Assembly: GCA_021799085.1 (NCBI GenBank)
Contig: JAJZBD010000002.1
Span: 37,355-101,354, forward strand
Source of the DNA: Nanobdellota archaeon
GTDB taxonomy: Archaea > Nanobdellota > Nanobdellia > Parvarchaeales > Parvarchaeaceae
Direction: 5' to 3'
DNA length: 64,000 nt
Of this stretch, positions 47,492 through 56,742 are shown piece by piece; within the stretch, counting starts at the first letter, position 1, and each line of letters opens with the position of its first letter. The notes beneath the pieces were generated by a model, which saw only the letters and a program-made list of their open reading frames with translations, was not told the origin of the DNA and searched no databases. Both the position numbers and the translations under genes were made by a program.

Positions 47492-48697
47492 CTACTCCAA
47501 GCTTACGCATGGAGCTTCTCGCTTCAACGAACTGACTTGCTTCAGTTTATGAAGTAGAGGTCTATTCTCCACTAGCATACTGGCAGGTTCCCTACCAAAT
47601 AACGCTTTTATGATTATATTTCTTGCTGCGTTTATATCTCTGTCTATTTCTATTTTACAATATGGACATTTGAATATCTTTACCGATAAATCCAAATGCT
47701 CTATGTTTTTCTCCTCGCAGACACTACAAGTTTGTGTAGTGTCTTTTGGATTTACTTTTACTAAAATCCTGCCAGCACTTTCAGCCTTGTAGGATAAATA
47801 TGAAATAAACAAGCTCCAGGCAGCATCATATATACTTTTAGATAGATGGTGATTTCTGGCCATACCTTGGATATTTAGGTTTTCAACTGCGATAAAACCA
47901 TAGTTTTTCACGTATTCTGTGGATAATTTGTGTGCAAAATCCTTCCTTTGGTTCTGTAGGTGCTCATAAGCTTTGTTTAGTCTTAGCTTTATTTTGTTCC
48001 TTCTGTTGGATCCTTTCTTTTTCCTTGCCAATTGCCTTTGAATCAAAGCTATCTTATCTGCCGTCTTCTGCAGAAATCTAGGATTTTCCACAAACCTGTA
48101 ATTGCTGTCAGCAAGGAAATGCGTTACTCCCACGTCTATACCAACTGCTTTTTCAGAGGTATTTGGCTTAACTTTTATCTGATTCTTTTCTTGATGCGGA
48201 TTTTCAACTTGGATGCAGGCATACCACTTGCCTGCCCTCTTGCTTATTATTATTCCCTTGACATTGCCTTTTATTTCCCTGTGAAACTCCGCTTCTACTT
48301 TTCCTACTTTTGAAAGGATTATTTTCTTGTTTCCTATGATAAAACCGCTTTGATTGTAGAATATTGATTTGAAATGGTCATAACTTTTGAACCTTAGCTT
48401 TCCTATTTTGTAGCCTTTCCTCTTTCTTCCTGCTAATGTATGGATGTTGTTCCATAATTGCTGATTTACCATCTGCAATGTCTTTGAGTAGACGTTTTTC
48501 AATTCAGGCTTGTCTTCTTTCAGCTTTACTAAAAGCTTTTGGGTGTCATATCTCTTTAGCTTTTTCCCTTCGTCTTTTGCCTTGTTCAGTTCCTCTAATA
48601 ATTTGTTGTAAGTCCATTGGCATAATTCCAATTGTATATTCAGTTCCGTTTCTACGACTTTGCTTGGATACAACCTAAATTTTTTATAACTCCTCAT
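47492..48697 (-). CDS. tnpB: TnpB (IS605 OrfB family RNA-guided nuclease ancestor of Cas12)
   Basis: 401 aa with an N-terminal helical domain, a central RuvC-like region and a C-terminal zinc finger (CSVCEEKN ... CPYCKIEIDRDINAARNI). Confidence 0.85.
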   Translation of the reverse strand: MRSYKKFRLYPSKVVETELNIQLELCQWTYNKLLEELNKAKDEGKKLKRYDTQKLLVKLKEDKPELKNVYSKTLQMVNQQLWNNIHTLAGRKRKGYKIGKLRFKSYDHFKSIFYNQSGFIIGNKKIILSKVGKVEAEFHREIKGNVKGIIISKRAGKWYACIQVENPHQEKNQIKVKPNTSEKAVGIDVGVTHFLADSNYRFVENPRFLQKTADKIALIQRQLARKKKGSNRRNKIKLRLNKAYEHLQNQRKDFAHKLSTEYVKNYGFIAVENLNIQGMARNHHLSKSIYDAAWSLFISYLSYKAESAGRILVKVNPKDTTQTCSVCEEKNIEHLDLSVKIFKCPYCKIEIDRDINAARNIIIKALFGREPASMLVENRPLLHKLKQVSSLKREAPCVSLE

Positions 48698-48762
48698 ATT
48701 TTATCTACTCTTTTTATGTTTTATACTTTTACCGTCTTTCATCCCCTATCTCACAAAAGGGG
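47492..48762 (-). mobile_element. IS605/IS1341-type element carrying solo tnpB (no tnpA)
   Basis: The TnpB ORF plus a candidate left-end subterminal hairpin CCCCT-N10-AGGGG at 48743-48762, upstream of the tnpB start. No tnpA was found nearby. Confidence 0.55.
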
Positions 48763-48825
48763 AATTCTCGGCGGACTTGTTAAAAAAAGAAATGCTTTTA
48801 TAAGATTAGTCTTCTTTTAAAGAGC

Positions 48826-49344
48826 ATGTTTAGGAAAAATACAAATAACGTGTTTAAAGGGCTTGATAAAGTAAGAAAGAATCTGGATTTAATTTTAGAT
48901 AATTTGAAAAATGAAGATCCAGAAAATATTTTGAAATTTCCATATAATGATCTATCGGATTACTTCAAGAATATAAAAATTGATCTTGTGAGAAAAAGAA
49001 AGGAAAGTTCAATGTTTCCAGGGAAATCAGGCGATTATATAATAAAGAGTGGAAGCACTTATGACTATGACAGCAGTTTTATGAATGACAGCATTCCTTT
49101 GTTTTATATGTCAGGGATATACAGAACAAGAAGTAATGAAAATGAAGAAAGAGAGTACTTCGGCATAAAATTGAATGGAAAGATTGTGCCTACTGCGTAT
49201 ATAAAACATTTGTATTCAGGTAATTACAAAGTATACTTGAATTATGACATTATTAAGGATCTAGATAACGAATCATTTAAAAAAATTATAGCAGCGACTA
49301 GCATTAGGTTATCTGATTACAGAAGTGTTTCTCATTTCAGTTAA
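48826..49344 (+). CDS. Hypothetical protein (island ORF 1)
   Basis: 172 aa, no motif; first of five same-strand, tightly spaced ORFs. Confidence 0.4.
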   Translation: MFRKNTNNVFKGLDKVRKNLDLILDNLKNEDPENILKFPYNDLSDYFKNIKIDLVRKRKESSMFPGKSGDYIIKSGSTYDYDSSFMNDSIPLFYMSGIYRTRSNENEEREYFGIKLNGKIVPTAYIKHLYSGNYKVYLNYDIIKDLDNESFKKIIAATSIRLSDYRSVSHFS

Positions 49345-49418
49345 ATGTTAATGACAGTTAATTATTTATAATATAACTTGTATATAGTTTACAATTAAAA
49401 AGTGATTAAAATAACCAT

Positions 49419-50327
49419 ATGACTAAGAAATACTCAGATATTGAAAAATTACTGAAATCATTGCCGTATAAAAACGATGCAGACGGCAACCCTACTTTAA
49501 AAAAGGAATTTGTAAGGAACTCAAATTACTTCAGTGATTTTGGCTTAGTAGTGAATGAAAGATACATAGCAGATACCTTTCCAAACGTAAAAAGCAGAGA
49601 ATACCTGCAGTTTAATAATCTATATAACACTGGCTTTTTTGACGATTATTTTGCAAGACAGTACAAATTGTTAAATGACCTTTATGCAGCAAAACCAGAA
49701 AACTTTTCAAAACCAGTTGCATTGATTGTAGATGATTCAGCCAAAAGAGTAGGTTACATAACTATGCCTTTTGAGGGTAATGAAAAAAGAAACTACATAC
49801 CAAAGGCGGTTTCTTTGCAAGACTATCTAAGCAATTACGGAAGCTGGGATGAAAAATTGATAGCTGAGAAAATAAGTAGAGTAACTTCTCTTCAGGATCT
49901 GATCCCAAGGGATGAACTTAATAATTTTATACTTAAGAAGGGTATTAAACGGCTTTCATATGGTGAAAGGTACCTTAAGGAATACGCTGCAAGAATAGAC
50001 GTTTACAAGGATAGAATGGAAGAACTTAAGGAAATAAAGAAGCAGATAAATGATACTGTAAAATACATAAATCAGAATGGCTTATCACACAATAATCTCT
50101 ACCTTGAAAATATAATCATTTACTGGGATGAGGATAAGAAAGCAAAGGTGGGGTTTTTAAATCCAATCAATAAACAGGACGTTAAATCACATTTCTTTGC
50201 ATCCGATGAGCACAGGGTCAAATCGATAAATCGTAGCATAAAATGGGCAGAATTTAAACAGAACATACTAATTAACAAGTATACTGAAAAATACAAATCG
50301 CTTTATCCCGGATTCAGGATAAGATAA
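49419..50327 (+). CDS. Hypothetical protein with degenerate protein-kinase-like catalytic loop (island ORF 2)
   Basis: GLSHNNLYLENIII resembles the HxDLxxxNIL catalytic loop with Asp replaced by Asn. A following VGFLNP sits where the DFG/IDFE motif would be. Confidence 0.4.
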   Translation: MTKKYSDIEKLLKSLPYKNDADGNPTLKKEFVRNSNYFSDFGLVVNERYIADTFPNVKSREYLQFNNLYNTGFFDDYFARQYKLLNDLYAAKPENFSKPVALIVDDSAKRVGYITMPFEGNEKRNYIPKAVSLQDYLSNYGSWDEKLIAEKISRVTSLQDLIPRDELNNFILKKGIKRLSYGERYLKEYAARIDVYKDRMEELKEIKKQINDTVKYINQNGLSHNNLYLENIIIYWDEDKKAKVGFLNPINKQDVKSHFFASDEHRVKSINRSIKWAEFKQNILINKYTEKYKSLYPGFRIR

Positions 50328-50333
50328 CCATAT

Positions 50334-51059
50334 ATGAAGGTTTTATTCCCTAAAAGAGAACCCAAGTGTATTGAAACCTATGAAGGTATAAATGAAGGTT
50401 CTAATCTGTATAAATTGCTGCTTGATACAGGACCAATAATAACAGAAGCATTACTCAACTTTTATGCAAAAAGAGGAGATAAAAGCTTATACAAAAATGT
50501 AATAAACAAGAAAAATCTCCCCTATTTTTCCAGCTATGTAAACCATTTCAATTCTCTTGAAAAGAAATTGATCGTTACTGTAAGCGACAGCTATAGAGAA
50601 CTTCAGGAAATGAAGGGCTATGAGCTGGAAGCAGTATACAGTGTATTGGATTCCAGTAATGATATCTGCGCAAGCAATGTGTGGGGAGAAAAGTATGCTA
50701 GTATCATAAAAACAAGGAACAAAATATTGAAAGATGAAGTAGATCTTTCAAGCAGATTGCCAAAGCTTGATTACACTCATTCTGTAAATATAAATTATGC
50801 GCATCTTTTTTCGTATGATTTCAAAAAGGACATGGATCCCAGGAAGGCAAAGGCCTTGCTTTACAAGAAGACTTTAAAAATTGGACAGGACCCAAAGGTG
50901 TACACTGATTTTAATCTTTTCTCTTTAAAGGACAAAGCAAGCATTGCAATAGCATTTTACGGCAGGGCCATAGAGTTTACTGACTTCATGGATATGTTCA
51001 ATTCGATTAATTATTCCGTTAATAAAGGAGAGGGCAGTAACGTAAAACCTATATTATAA
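50334..51059 (+). CDS. Hypothetical protein (island ORF 3)
   Basis: 241 aa, lies 6 bp after ORF 2; no motif. Confidence 0.4.
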   Translation: MKVLFPKREPKCIETYEGINEGSNLYKLLLDTGPIITEALLNFYAKRGDKSLYKNVINKKNLPYFSSYVNHFNSLEKKLIVTVSDSYRELQEMKGYELEAVYSVLDSSNDICASNVWGEKYASIIKTRNKILKDEVDLSSRLPKLDYTHSVNINYAHLFSYDFKKDMDPRKAKALLYKKTLKIGQDPKVYTDFNLFSLKDKASIAIAFYGRAIEFTDFMDMFNSINYSVNKGEGSNVKPIL

Positions 51060-51108
51060 AGAAAATAAAGAAAAAGTATTAATAACATTGTTTATCTAAT
51101 AGAACGCT

Positions 51109-51504
51109 ATGCAAAACAAAAAGACAGATATAGAGCAGGGAATTAACAGCAAATATAGGCATGCTTTAGAGGAGCTTTGTAATATTTCTACTGAGGAAAT
51201 ATCAAAGAAGGTATTCGGCATACAATATTCTAAGATTTTAGATGAGCTTTCGTATATTATTGAAAACGGTTATAAAAGCGTATTGGATTATTCTTATATT
51301 TTAAACACTGAAGAAATGAAGGACGTTACCAAAGATTATATGCGCTCTATTTTCGAAAAAGGCCTTAAAAAAGTCGAATACAGCAATTTTAATATAGATT
51401 TCAACGATAAAAGACAAGTTAAAACCGGAATATACGGTTATACCGTAGCTCATGTGTACAAAATTCTTTTTAAGCAGAACAATGGTAAAAAATCAAGAGA
51501 ATGA
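51109..51504 (+). CDS. Hypothetical protein (island ORF 4; may be the 5' part of a frameshifted gene)
   Basis: 131 aa. It ends just after an A6 run and the downstream ORF continues in the +1 frame. Confidence 0.35.
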   Translation: MQNKKTDIEQGINSKYRHALEELCNISTEEISKKVFGIQYSKILDELSYIIENGYKSVLDYSYILNTEEMKDVTKDYMRSIFEKGLKKVEYSNFNIDFNDKRQVKTGIYGYTVAHVYKILFKQNNGKKSRE

Positions 51505-51778
51505 ACGATTGGAAGAGCTGCTCTTTGATTGCAGTTTAACGTTGTTTGGAAAGCCGAATTTGGATGTTTTTTCAAGGGCTAACGATCTCAAAAGTCATTT
51601 AGAGACAGATTCATTGGTTTACTCTTCAAGCTATGAGGTTTTTAATCCAGAAACTGTTGCGATTGACCTTCATTTTTACACCATATCAAACAAATACGAA
51701 TTAAAAAACAAGCTTATCAACCTTTCAAATCAGTATTCTTTTGGCTTATCTTATAAGATACACGAACTTAAGCAGTAA
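51452..51778 (+). CDS. Hypothetical protein (island ORF 5; may be the 3' part of a frameshifted gene)
   Basis: 108-aa ORF overlapping ORF 4 by 53 nt in the +1 frame. Confidence 0.3.
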   Translation: MCTKFFLSRTMVKNQENERLEELLFDCSLTLFGKPNLDVFSRANDLKSHLETDSLVYSSSYEVFNPETVAIDLHFYTISNKYELKNKLINLSNQYSFGLSYKIHELKQ

Positions 51779-51790
51779 AACACAAAGAGA

Positions 51791-52411
51791 TTACTGCTTT
51801 TTGTAAACATCCTGGAATTTTACAAATCTTTCATTCAGTTTTTTCCAGTCCAAATTATTGAAGAATGGCTCTAGGTATTTTGCTTTGTCTGGCCCATAAT
51901 CAACATAAAATGCGTGTTCATAAACATCTAAAGCTATTATGGGTATTGAACCCCACACTGCTCCGTCGTTATGTACGTCTGCTAAAAATGTTCTAAGTTT
52001 ATTGTCAGTAGGGTCTATTGCAAGTATAGCCCACCCTCTGGCTGCCTTCGCAGTCGCCATCATATCGAGCTTAAAATTTTCAAAGCTTCCGAAGTCCTCA
52101 TTTATCTTTTTTATAAGTGGCATATCCTCCGAATACTTGCCGTCTCCTCCGAACATTTCGAAATAAAGTTCATGAAGCAGCTGTCCGCTTGCATTGAATG
52201 TTTCTTCTTTCTTTAACGATCTAAACTCGCTGTAATTTGCATTTGCGGCGGCTTTATCAACTGTTTTAAGCTTGTTGTGTACTTCATTTCTTTTCTTTAC
52301 ATAGCCTGCGTAGTGCACATCATGGTGGAAACTTATTTGTTTCTCAGAAAACCCTTCTAAAGATTTATAATTTAGTTTTTGTACTTCATACTGATCATCG
52401 TAGTTTGCCAT
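51791..52411 (-). CDS. sod: Fe/Mn superoxide dismutase
   Basis: HHDVHYAGYV and the DVYEHAFYVDYGP/WEHAYY-type C-terminal signature. Confidence 0.9.
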   Translation of the reverse strand: MANYDDQYEVQKLNYKSLEGFSEKQISFHHDVHYAGYVKKRNEVHNKLKTVDKAAANANYSEFRSLKKEETFNASGQLLHELYFEMFGGDGKYSEDMPLIKKINEDFGSFENFKLDMMATAKAARGWAILAIDPTDNKLRTFLADVHNDGAVWGSIPIIALDVYEHAFYVDYGPDKAKYLEPFFNNLDWKKLNERFVKFQDVYKKQ

Positions 52412-52526
52412 AAAATCACCGATAATTATAACACAGTTATAGTATATAAAATTTTTTATGTTGTAATAGAAAAGTATTTAAATATAAAATCTATCTTTAA
52501 TAGATATCGCAAAACGATATTAAGAG

Positions 52527-53054
52527 GTGAAAAATATGAAAAATAAAGAAGATGACTTTAATGAAATAAACTTCGGATTCAATATAGACCCGAATATGGT
52601 ACATAAACTTGCACACTCAATGCATGGGATAACTCGTGGATTTGGAATAAAGTACTGGATACTTATGTTAGTCTCAAAGGAAAAAATGACTGGTGCACAG
52701 ATGATAGACAAGATATACGAAATGAGCTTCGGTTTCTGGAGGCCTTCTCCGGGAAGTATATACTCTATATTAAAATATCTGTCAGAAAGCGGTTTTGTGA
52801 AAGTAGAACAGAATGACAACAAAAAATACTACTCGATTACTGATAAAGGGAAGGAGTATCTAGACAGTTCCTGGTTCCCATGGAGATCTGCTTCTTCATT
52901 TATGAACAAGGACGAGGGAACGAGCATAGATGAGACCATAGAGACTTTAGATAATCTATCTGAGTTTATATCAGAAAAGGAAAAGCTTCTCAGCAAGGAA
53001 AACAAGAAAACATTAAAAAAGATAGATGATAGGCTGCATAGTTTGCTGAAGTAA
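52527..53054 (+). CDS. PadR-family transcriptional regulator
   Basis: Winged helix region GAQMIDKIYEMSFGFWRPSPGSIYSILKYLSESGFV and a coiled-coil C-terminus. Confidence 0.7.
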   Translation: MKNMKNKEDDFNEINFGFNIDPNMVHKLAHSMHGITRGFGIKYWILMLVSKEKMTGAQMIDKIYEMSFGFWRPSPGSIYSILKYLSESGFVKVEQNDNKKYYSITDKGKEYLDSSWFPWRSASSFMNKDEGTSIDETIETLDNLSEFISEKEKLLSKENKKTLKKIDDRLHSLLK

Positions 53055-53060
53055 ACTAAA

Positions 53061-53840
53061 ATGGAATACTCCATAGTTGCGGATAAATTGACAAAGAAAT
53101 TCGGGGATTTTACCGCAGATAATGCAATAAGCTTGAAGGTAAAAGATGGTGAAATATTCGGTATTTTAGGCCCAAATGGAGCAGGAAAAACCACTTTGAT
53201 AAGCATGCTTACCACTTTGATAAAGCCGACAAGCGGACATGCATATGTACTTGGACATGACGTAATGAAAGACGCATTGGAAGTTAGGAAGTCTATAGGA
53301 GTCATAACAGAAAAAGTAACTATGTATCCGCCGCTTACTGCAGAGGAGAACTTAATGTTTTTTGGAAGATTATACGGAATAAACAAGAAGGATCTTGAAC
53401 AGAGGATAAACAAGGGTTTAGAAGAGTTCCAGCTGTCTAAATTCAGAAAAAGACCCGTAGGCACCTTTTCTTTGGGTATGAAAAGGAGATTGGATTTAGT
53501 TAGAGTGCTGTTAAATGAACCCAAGGTATTCTTTTTGGATGAACCTACGGTTGGTTTAGATCCAATAACAGTTTCGTTCATAAAGAAAAAAATAAGGGAC
53601 ATAAACAAGAAAGGAAGCACAATAATACTTACAACACATATAATGCAGGATGCTGACGAGCTTTCCGACAGGGTTGCATTGATAGATCACGGAAATTTAA
53701 TGGTCTGTGATACTCCTAGAAATTTAAAGAAAAAATTGGGCAAAAATGCAACCTTAGAGGATGTTTTCATACACTACGCAGGTGCTGAATTGAGAGATGA
53801 GACTGAAAAGATGAGCCTAGCTCCAAGGAGAGGCATGTGA
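53061..53840 (+). CDS. ABC transporter ATP-binding protein
   Basis: Walker A GPNGAGKTT, signature FSLGMKRRL and Walker B VFFLDEPTVGLD. Confidence 0.85.
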   Translation: MEYSIVADKLTKKFGDFTADNAISLKVKDGEIFGILGPNGAGKTTLISMLTTLIKPTSGHAYVLGHDVMKDALEVRKSIGVITEKVTMYPPLTAEENLMFFGRLYGINKKDLEQRINKGLEEFQLSKFRKRPVGTFSLGMKRRLDLVRVLLNEPKVFFLDEPTVGLDPITVSFIKKKIRDINKKGSTIILTTHIMQDADELSDRVALIDHGNLMVCDTPRNLKKKLGKNATLEDVFIHYAGAELRDETEKMSLAPRRGM

Positions 53841-55039
53841 TGGTATTCAAAGCCTTAAATGATGCATTTATTGTAGCTAAAAGAGATCTGATAGAGCTTT
53901 ACAGGACACCTTTTAGACTTATAATGATGTTTGTCTTTCCAGTACTTATAATAATGTTGTTTGGTTTTATGTTTCCTTCGACATCTAGCTTTAATGGCGT
54001 TCACATAGGCATAGTAAACAACGACAGCGGGTTTACTTTGAATGGACAGACAATTTACTTAAGTAATTCCTTCATATCCCTTGTAAAATACAATTCCAGC
54101 ATTACCTTTAGCAATTATTCTTCGTTGGCTTCTGCAGAATCCGCTTTAAGGGCCGGAACTATTGATTCAATATTGTACTTCCCAAAGAATTTCACAAGCG
54201 TAAGTCTCTCTGATCAGCCTACTCAATTAAAGCTGGTAACAAACCCAACTTCTCCTACGCTAGAGGAATACATAAATGCTAAGGTATCAGTAGCGTCAAC
54301 CGTTCTTTCTGCAGAAATCATCAATGGTACAGTTTCTAAATTGAATTCAGAGCTTGTTGCTCTACCAAAGATAAACCCACAGTTTGTAATTTCCCCAGTA
54401 GTTGTAAGCTCTGTTCCAATACTTTCCGGGAATTACTTTGATTTTATCGGCCCTGGCTTAATAATGCTGCTAAGCATGATGGCAGGTTTAACTGCTTTAG
54501 GTTCAGCATTAAGCAGGGAAAAGGAAGATGGAACTATAACGGCTGTAATGCTTTCTCCGATAAGAACCGGTTCCTTCCTTACTGGAAAGATGCTTTCACA
54601 GTTGGTAAGAAGCCTAATACAGTCTGCTGTGGTTGTTATTCTTGTAATTCTTCTTTTCCATATGAGTTTTAATGGTAATATCCTACTTACTGCAGCCATA
54701 TTGATTCTAGGGATATTCGGTTTTCTAGGTTTAGGGCTTTTAGTAACCGCATTGACAAAAGACCAGGAAACCTCTCAGCTTTTGCTAAATCTAGTTTTCT
54801 TTCCAATGCTGTTTTTGAGCGGAGTTCTTTATCCACTGCAGGAATTACCAGCAGTTGTAGCAGACATAGCGAGGTTCCTGCCGTTGACTTATGGAGTTCA
54901 GGCTTTCAGGCAGGTAGTTGTCTTCAATGCTTCGATTGGTTCAGTTTGGTCATCAATGCTTATACTGTTTTTATTTGGCGCGGTCTCACTTGCAATTGCG
55001 GTTCCAGTCTTTCTTATAAAGAAGAGCAGTGGTAATTAG
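53837..55039 (+). CDS. ABC-2 type permease with large extracytoplasmic loop
   Basis: N-terminal TM helix, a loop of about 150 aa, a C-terminal 5-TM bundle, and an overlapping start with the ATPase. Confidence 0.7.
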   Translation: MMVFKALNDAFIVAKRDLIELYRTPFRLIMMFVFPVLIIMLFGFMFPSTSSFNGVHIGIVNNDSGFTLNGQTIYLSNSFISLVKYNSSITFSNYSSLASAESALRAGTIDSILYFPKNFTSVSLSDQPTQLKLVTNPTSPTLEEYINAKVSVASTVLSAEIINGTVSKLNSELVALPKINPQFVISPVVVSSVPILSGNYFDFIGPGLIMLLSMMAGLTALGSALSREKEDGTITAVMLSPIRTGSFLTGKMLSQLVRSLIQSAVVVILVILLFHMSFNGNILLTAAILILGIFGFLGLGLLVTALTKDQETSQLLLNLVFFPMLFLSGVLYPLQELPAVVADIARFLPLTYGVQAFRQVVVFNASIGSVWSSMLILFLFGAVSLAIAVPVFLIKKSSGN

Positions 55040-55076
55040 GATAATTATAAAAGTATGGGTTGAGGTATTAAAATAG

Positions 55077-55877
55077 ATGGACAATGACTTAAAGGAGCTT
55101 ATAAAAAGCAAGGAGCTTTTCCTTTTGGACGGAGACGGAACCTTATACCTTTGGGATAAACCATTTTTATCTTCTTCTGCTTTTTTGAGAAAGTTAATTC
55201 AGCTTAAAAAGAAATTCATAATTCTAAGCAACAATGATTCAGAGAGCAAGAAGAAAAGGTTAATGTTTCTGGATAAGATGTTCAAAATCAAACTAAAGGA
55301 GGAGCAGCTTCTCCTTCCAAACGATTTAGTAGAAGATTTTTTAATTAAAAAGAATATCAAAAGGTTTGATGGCGTAATCTCAAATGATTTCTTAAGGGAA
55401 CTTGTGTCAAAGGGATTTGTATTTGATAAAGAAAAACCCGAAATAGTAATAGTTGGATTTGATGTAAATTTAAACTATGAAAAATTGATGAGGAATATAG
55501 ATCACATAAATAAGGGAGTCAAGTTTCTACTTACGCATAATGACCCTTTGTGTCCTTACAAGGGAGGAAAGGAGATACCCGACGCTGGCTTGATAATAAA
55601 CCTTATAACACGGGCCGTGAAAAGGGAACCAGATTACATGTTTGGGAAGCCATTTAAGTCTACCGTAGATTACATTACCCAAAAATATAAAATTAAAAGA
55701 GATAAAATGCTGATAGTGGGAGATAGAATAAATACAGACATAAAAATGGCCAATGAAAGTGGGATAGACTCCATTTGGATAATTAATGATCAGGCTGCAA
55801 AAAAAGAAGGGCAGTACAGACCAAATGAAAAAGTGCATTCAATTGATGCTCTTTACAATCAAATAAAGAATCTGTGA
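55077..55877 (+). CDS. HAD-superfamily (IIA-like) hydrolase
   Basis: LFLLDGDGTLY motif I and a C-terminal GDRINTDI motif IV. Confidence 0.7.
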   Translation: MDNDLKELIKSKELFLLDGDGTLYLWDKPFLSSSAFLRKLIQLKKKFIILSNNDSESKKKRLMFLDKMFKIKLKEEQLLLPNDLVEDFLIKKNIKRFDGVISNDFLRELVSKGFVFDKEKPEIVIVGFDVNLNYEKLMRNIDHINKGVKFLLTHNDPLCPYKGGKEIPDAGLIINLITRAVKREPDYMFGKPFKSTVDYITQKYKIKRDKMLIVGDRINTDIKMANESGIDSIWIINDQAAKKEGQYRPNEKVHSIDALYNQIKNL

Positions 55878-55975
55878 ATTTTTTATTTCTTTTTATTTAA
55901 ATTGTTTCTTTGCTAGGCACCATTCTTATTTATGCACATAATGCAGTTTATTAATCTCCAAACCCTGTTATTACT

Positions 55976-56377
55976 ATGATAAACGCTGAAATAAAAGAAT
56001 ATTCTCCAGGAAAGTGCAATATAGGGCCCAAGGAAATCCGGAAAAGGTACCTGGCAGGGTTTTTAGGATTCATTGTTGCTGCAATACTTTTTGTCTTTCT
56101 TTCATTTTTTAGGGTAGGTTACTTACTCTTTATAATATTGATATTCCCCCTGTTTTTGGGGTTTATAGGTTTTTATCAGGGATACAAAAAGTTTTGTGTT
56201 GCAAATGCCATCGCAGGCATTTATGTATTTTCTGATACTAAAAAAGGCTCAATAAAGGACAAGAAATCACACAGAATTGACTTAAAGAAAGCGCTCACCT
56301 TAATAACATACTCATTTATATCTGCCGCAATGCTTACAATGGTTATAACCTTAATTGTGTATTACCTGGTGATTTGA
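55976..56377 (+). CDS. Small membrane protein, module C first gene
   Basis: 133 aa with 3 TM helices and a 4-bp overlap with the next ORF. N-terminal YSPGKCNIGPKEIRKRY. Confidence 0.4.
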   Translation: MINAEIKEYSPGKCNIGPKEIRKRYLAGFLGFIVAAILFVFLSFFRVGYLLFIILIFPLFLGFIGFYQGYKKFCVANAIAGIYVFSDTKKGSIKDKKSHRIDLKKALTLITYSFISAAMLTMVITLIVYYLVI

Positions 56378-56742
56378 TGTTATATATTAAAACAACGGAA
56401 GAAATAATTTTTGGGTTACTTAGCATACTTGGGGTTTTTGCAGTTTACTACAGTCTAATAATATCGAGAGCGTTGATAAAACATAAAAAAGACAGAGCAC
56501 CTCTGCTAAGCTATCTTCTAAACCCGGAGAGGATAAGAACTCCCTATTTTGTATTTGCTGGTTTATTTGCATTCCTTACTGGTTTAATGGCTTTTTTGGA
56601 CTTCATTGATGGCGGGTTTAATCCAACAACAGCTTTGCAGTATTCTACATTCTTTTTTGGGTTTATTTTTGCAATAGTTACTGCGGTATTTATTATACTG
56701 GACATGCATTTTTGGTACACGAGGTTTAAAAGATTCATATGA
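56374..56742 (+). CDS. Small integral membrane protein, family member C2 (paralog of 45593 and 46815 ORFs)
   Basis: IKHKKDRAPLLSYLLNP, a C-terminal WYTRFKRFI and the same topology as A1 and B1. Confidence 0.5.
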   Translation: MMLYIKTTEEIIFGLLSILGVFAVYYSLIISRALIKHKKDRAPLLSYLLNPERIRTPYFVFAGLFAFLTGLMAFLDFIDGGFNPTTALQYSTFFFGFIFAIVTAVFIILDMHFWYTRFKRFI

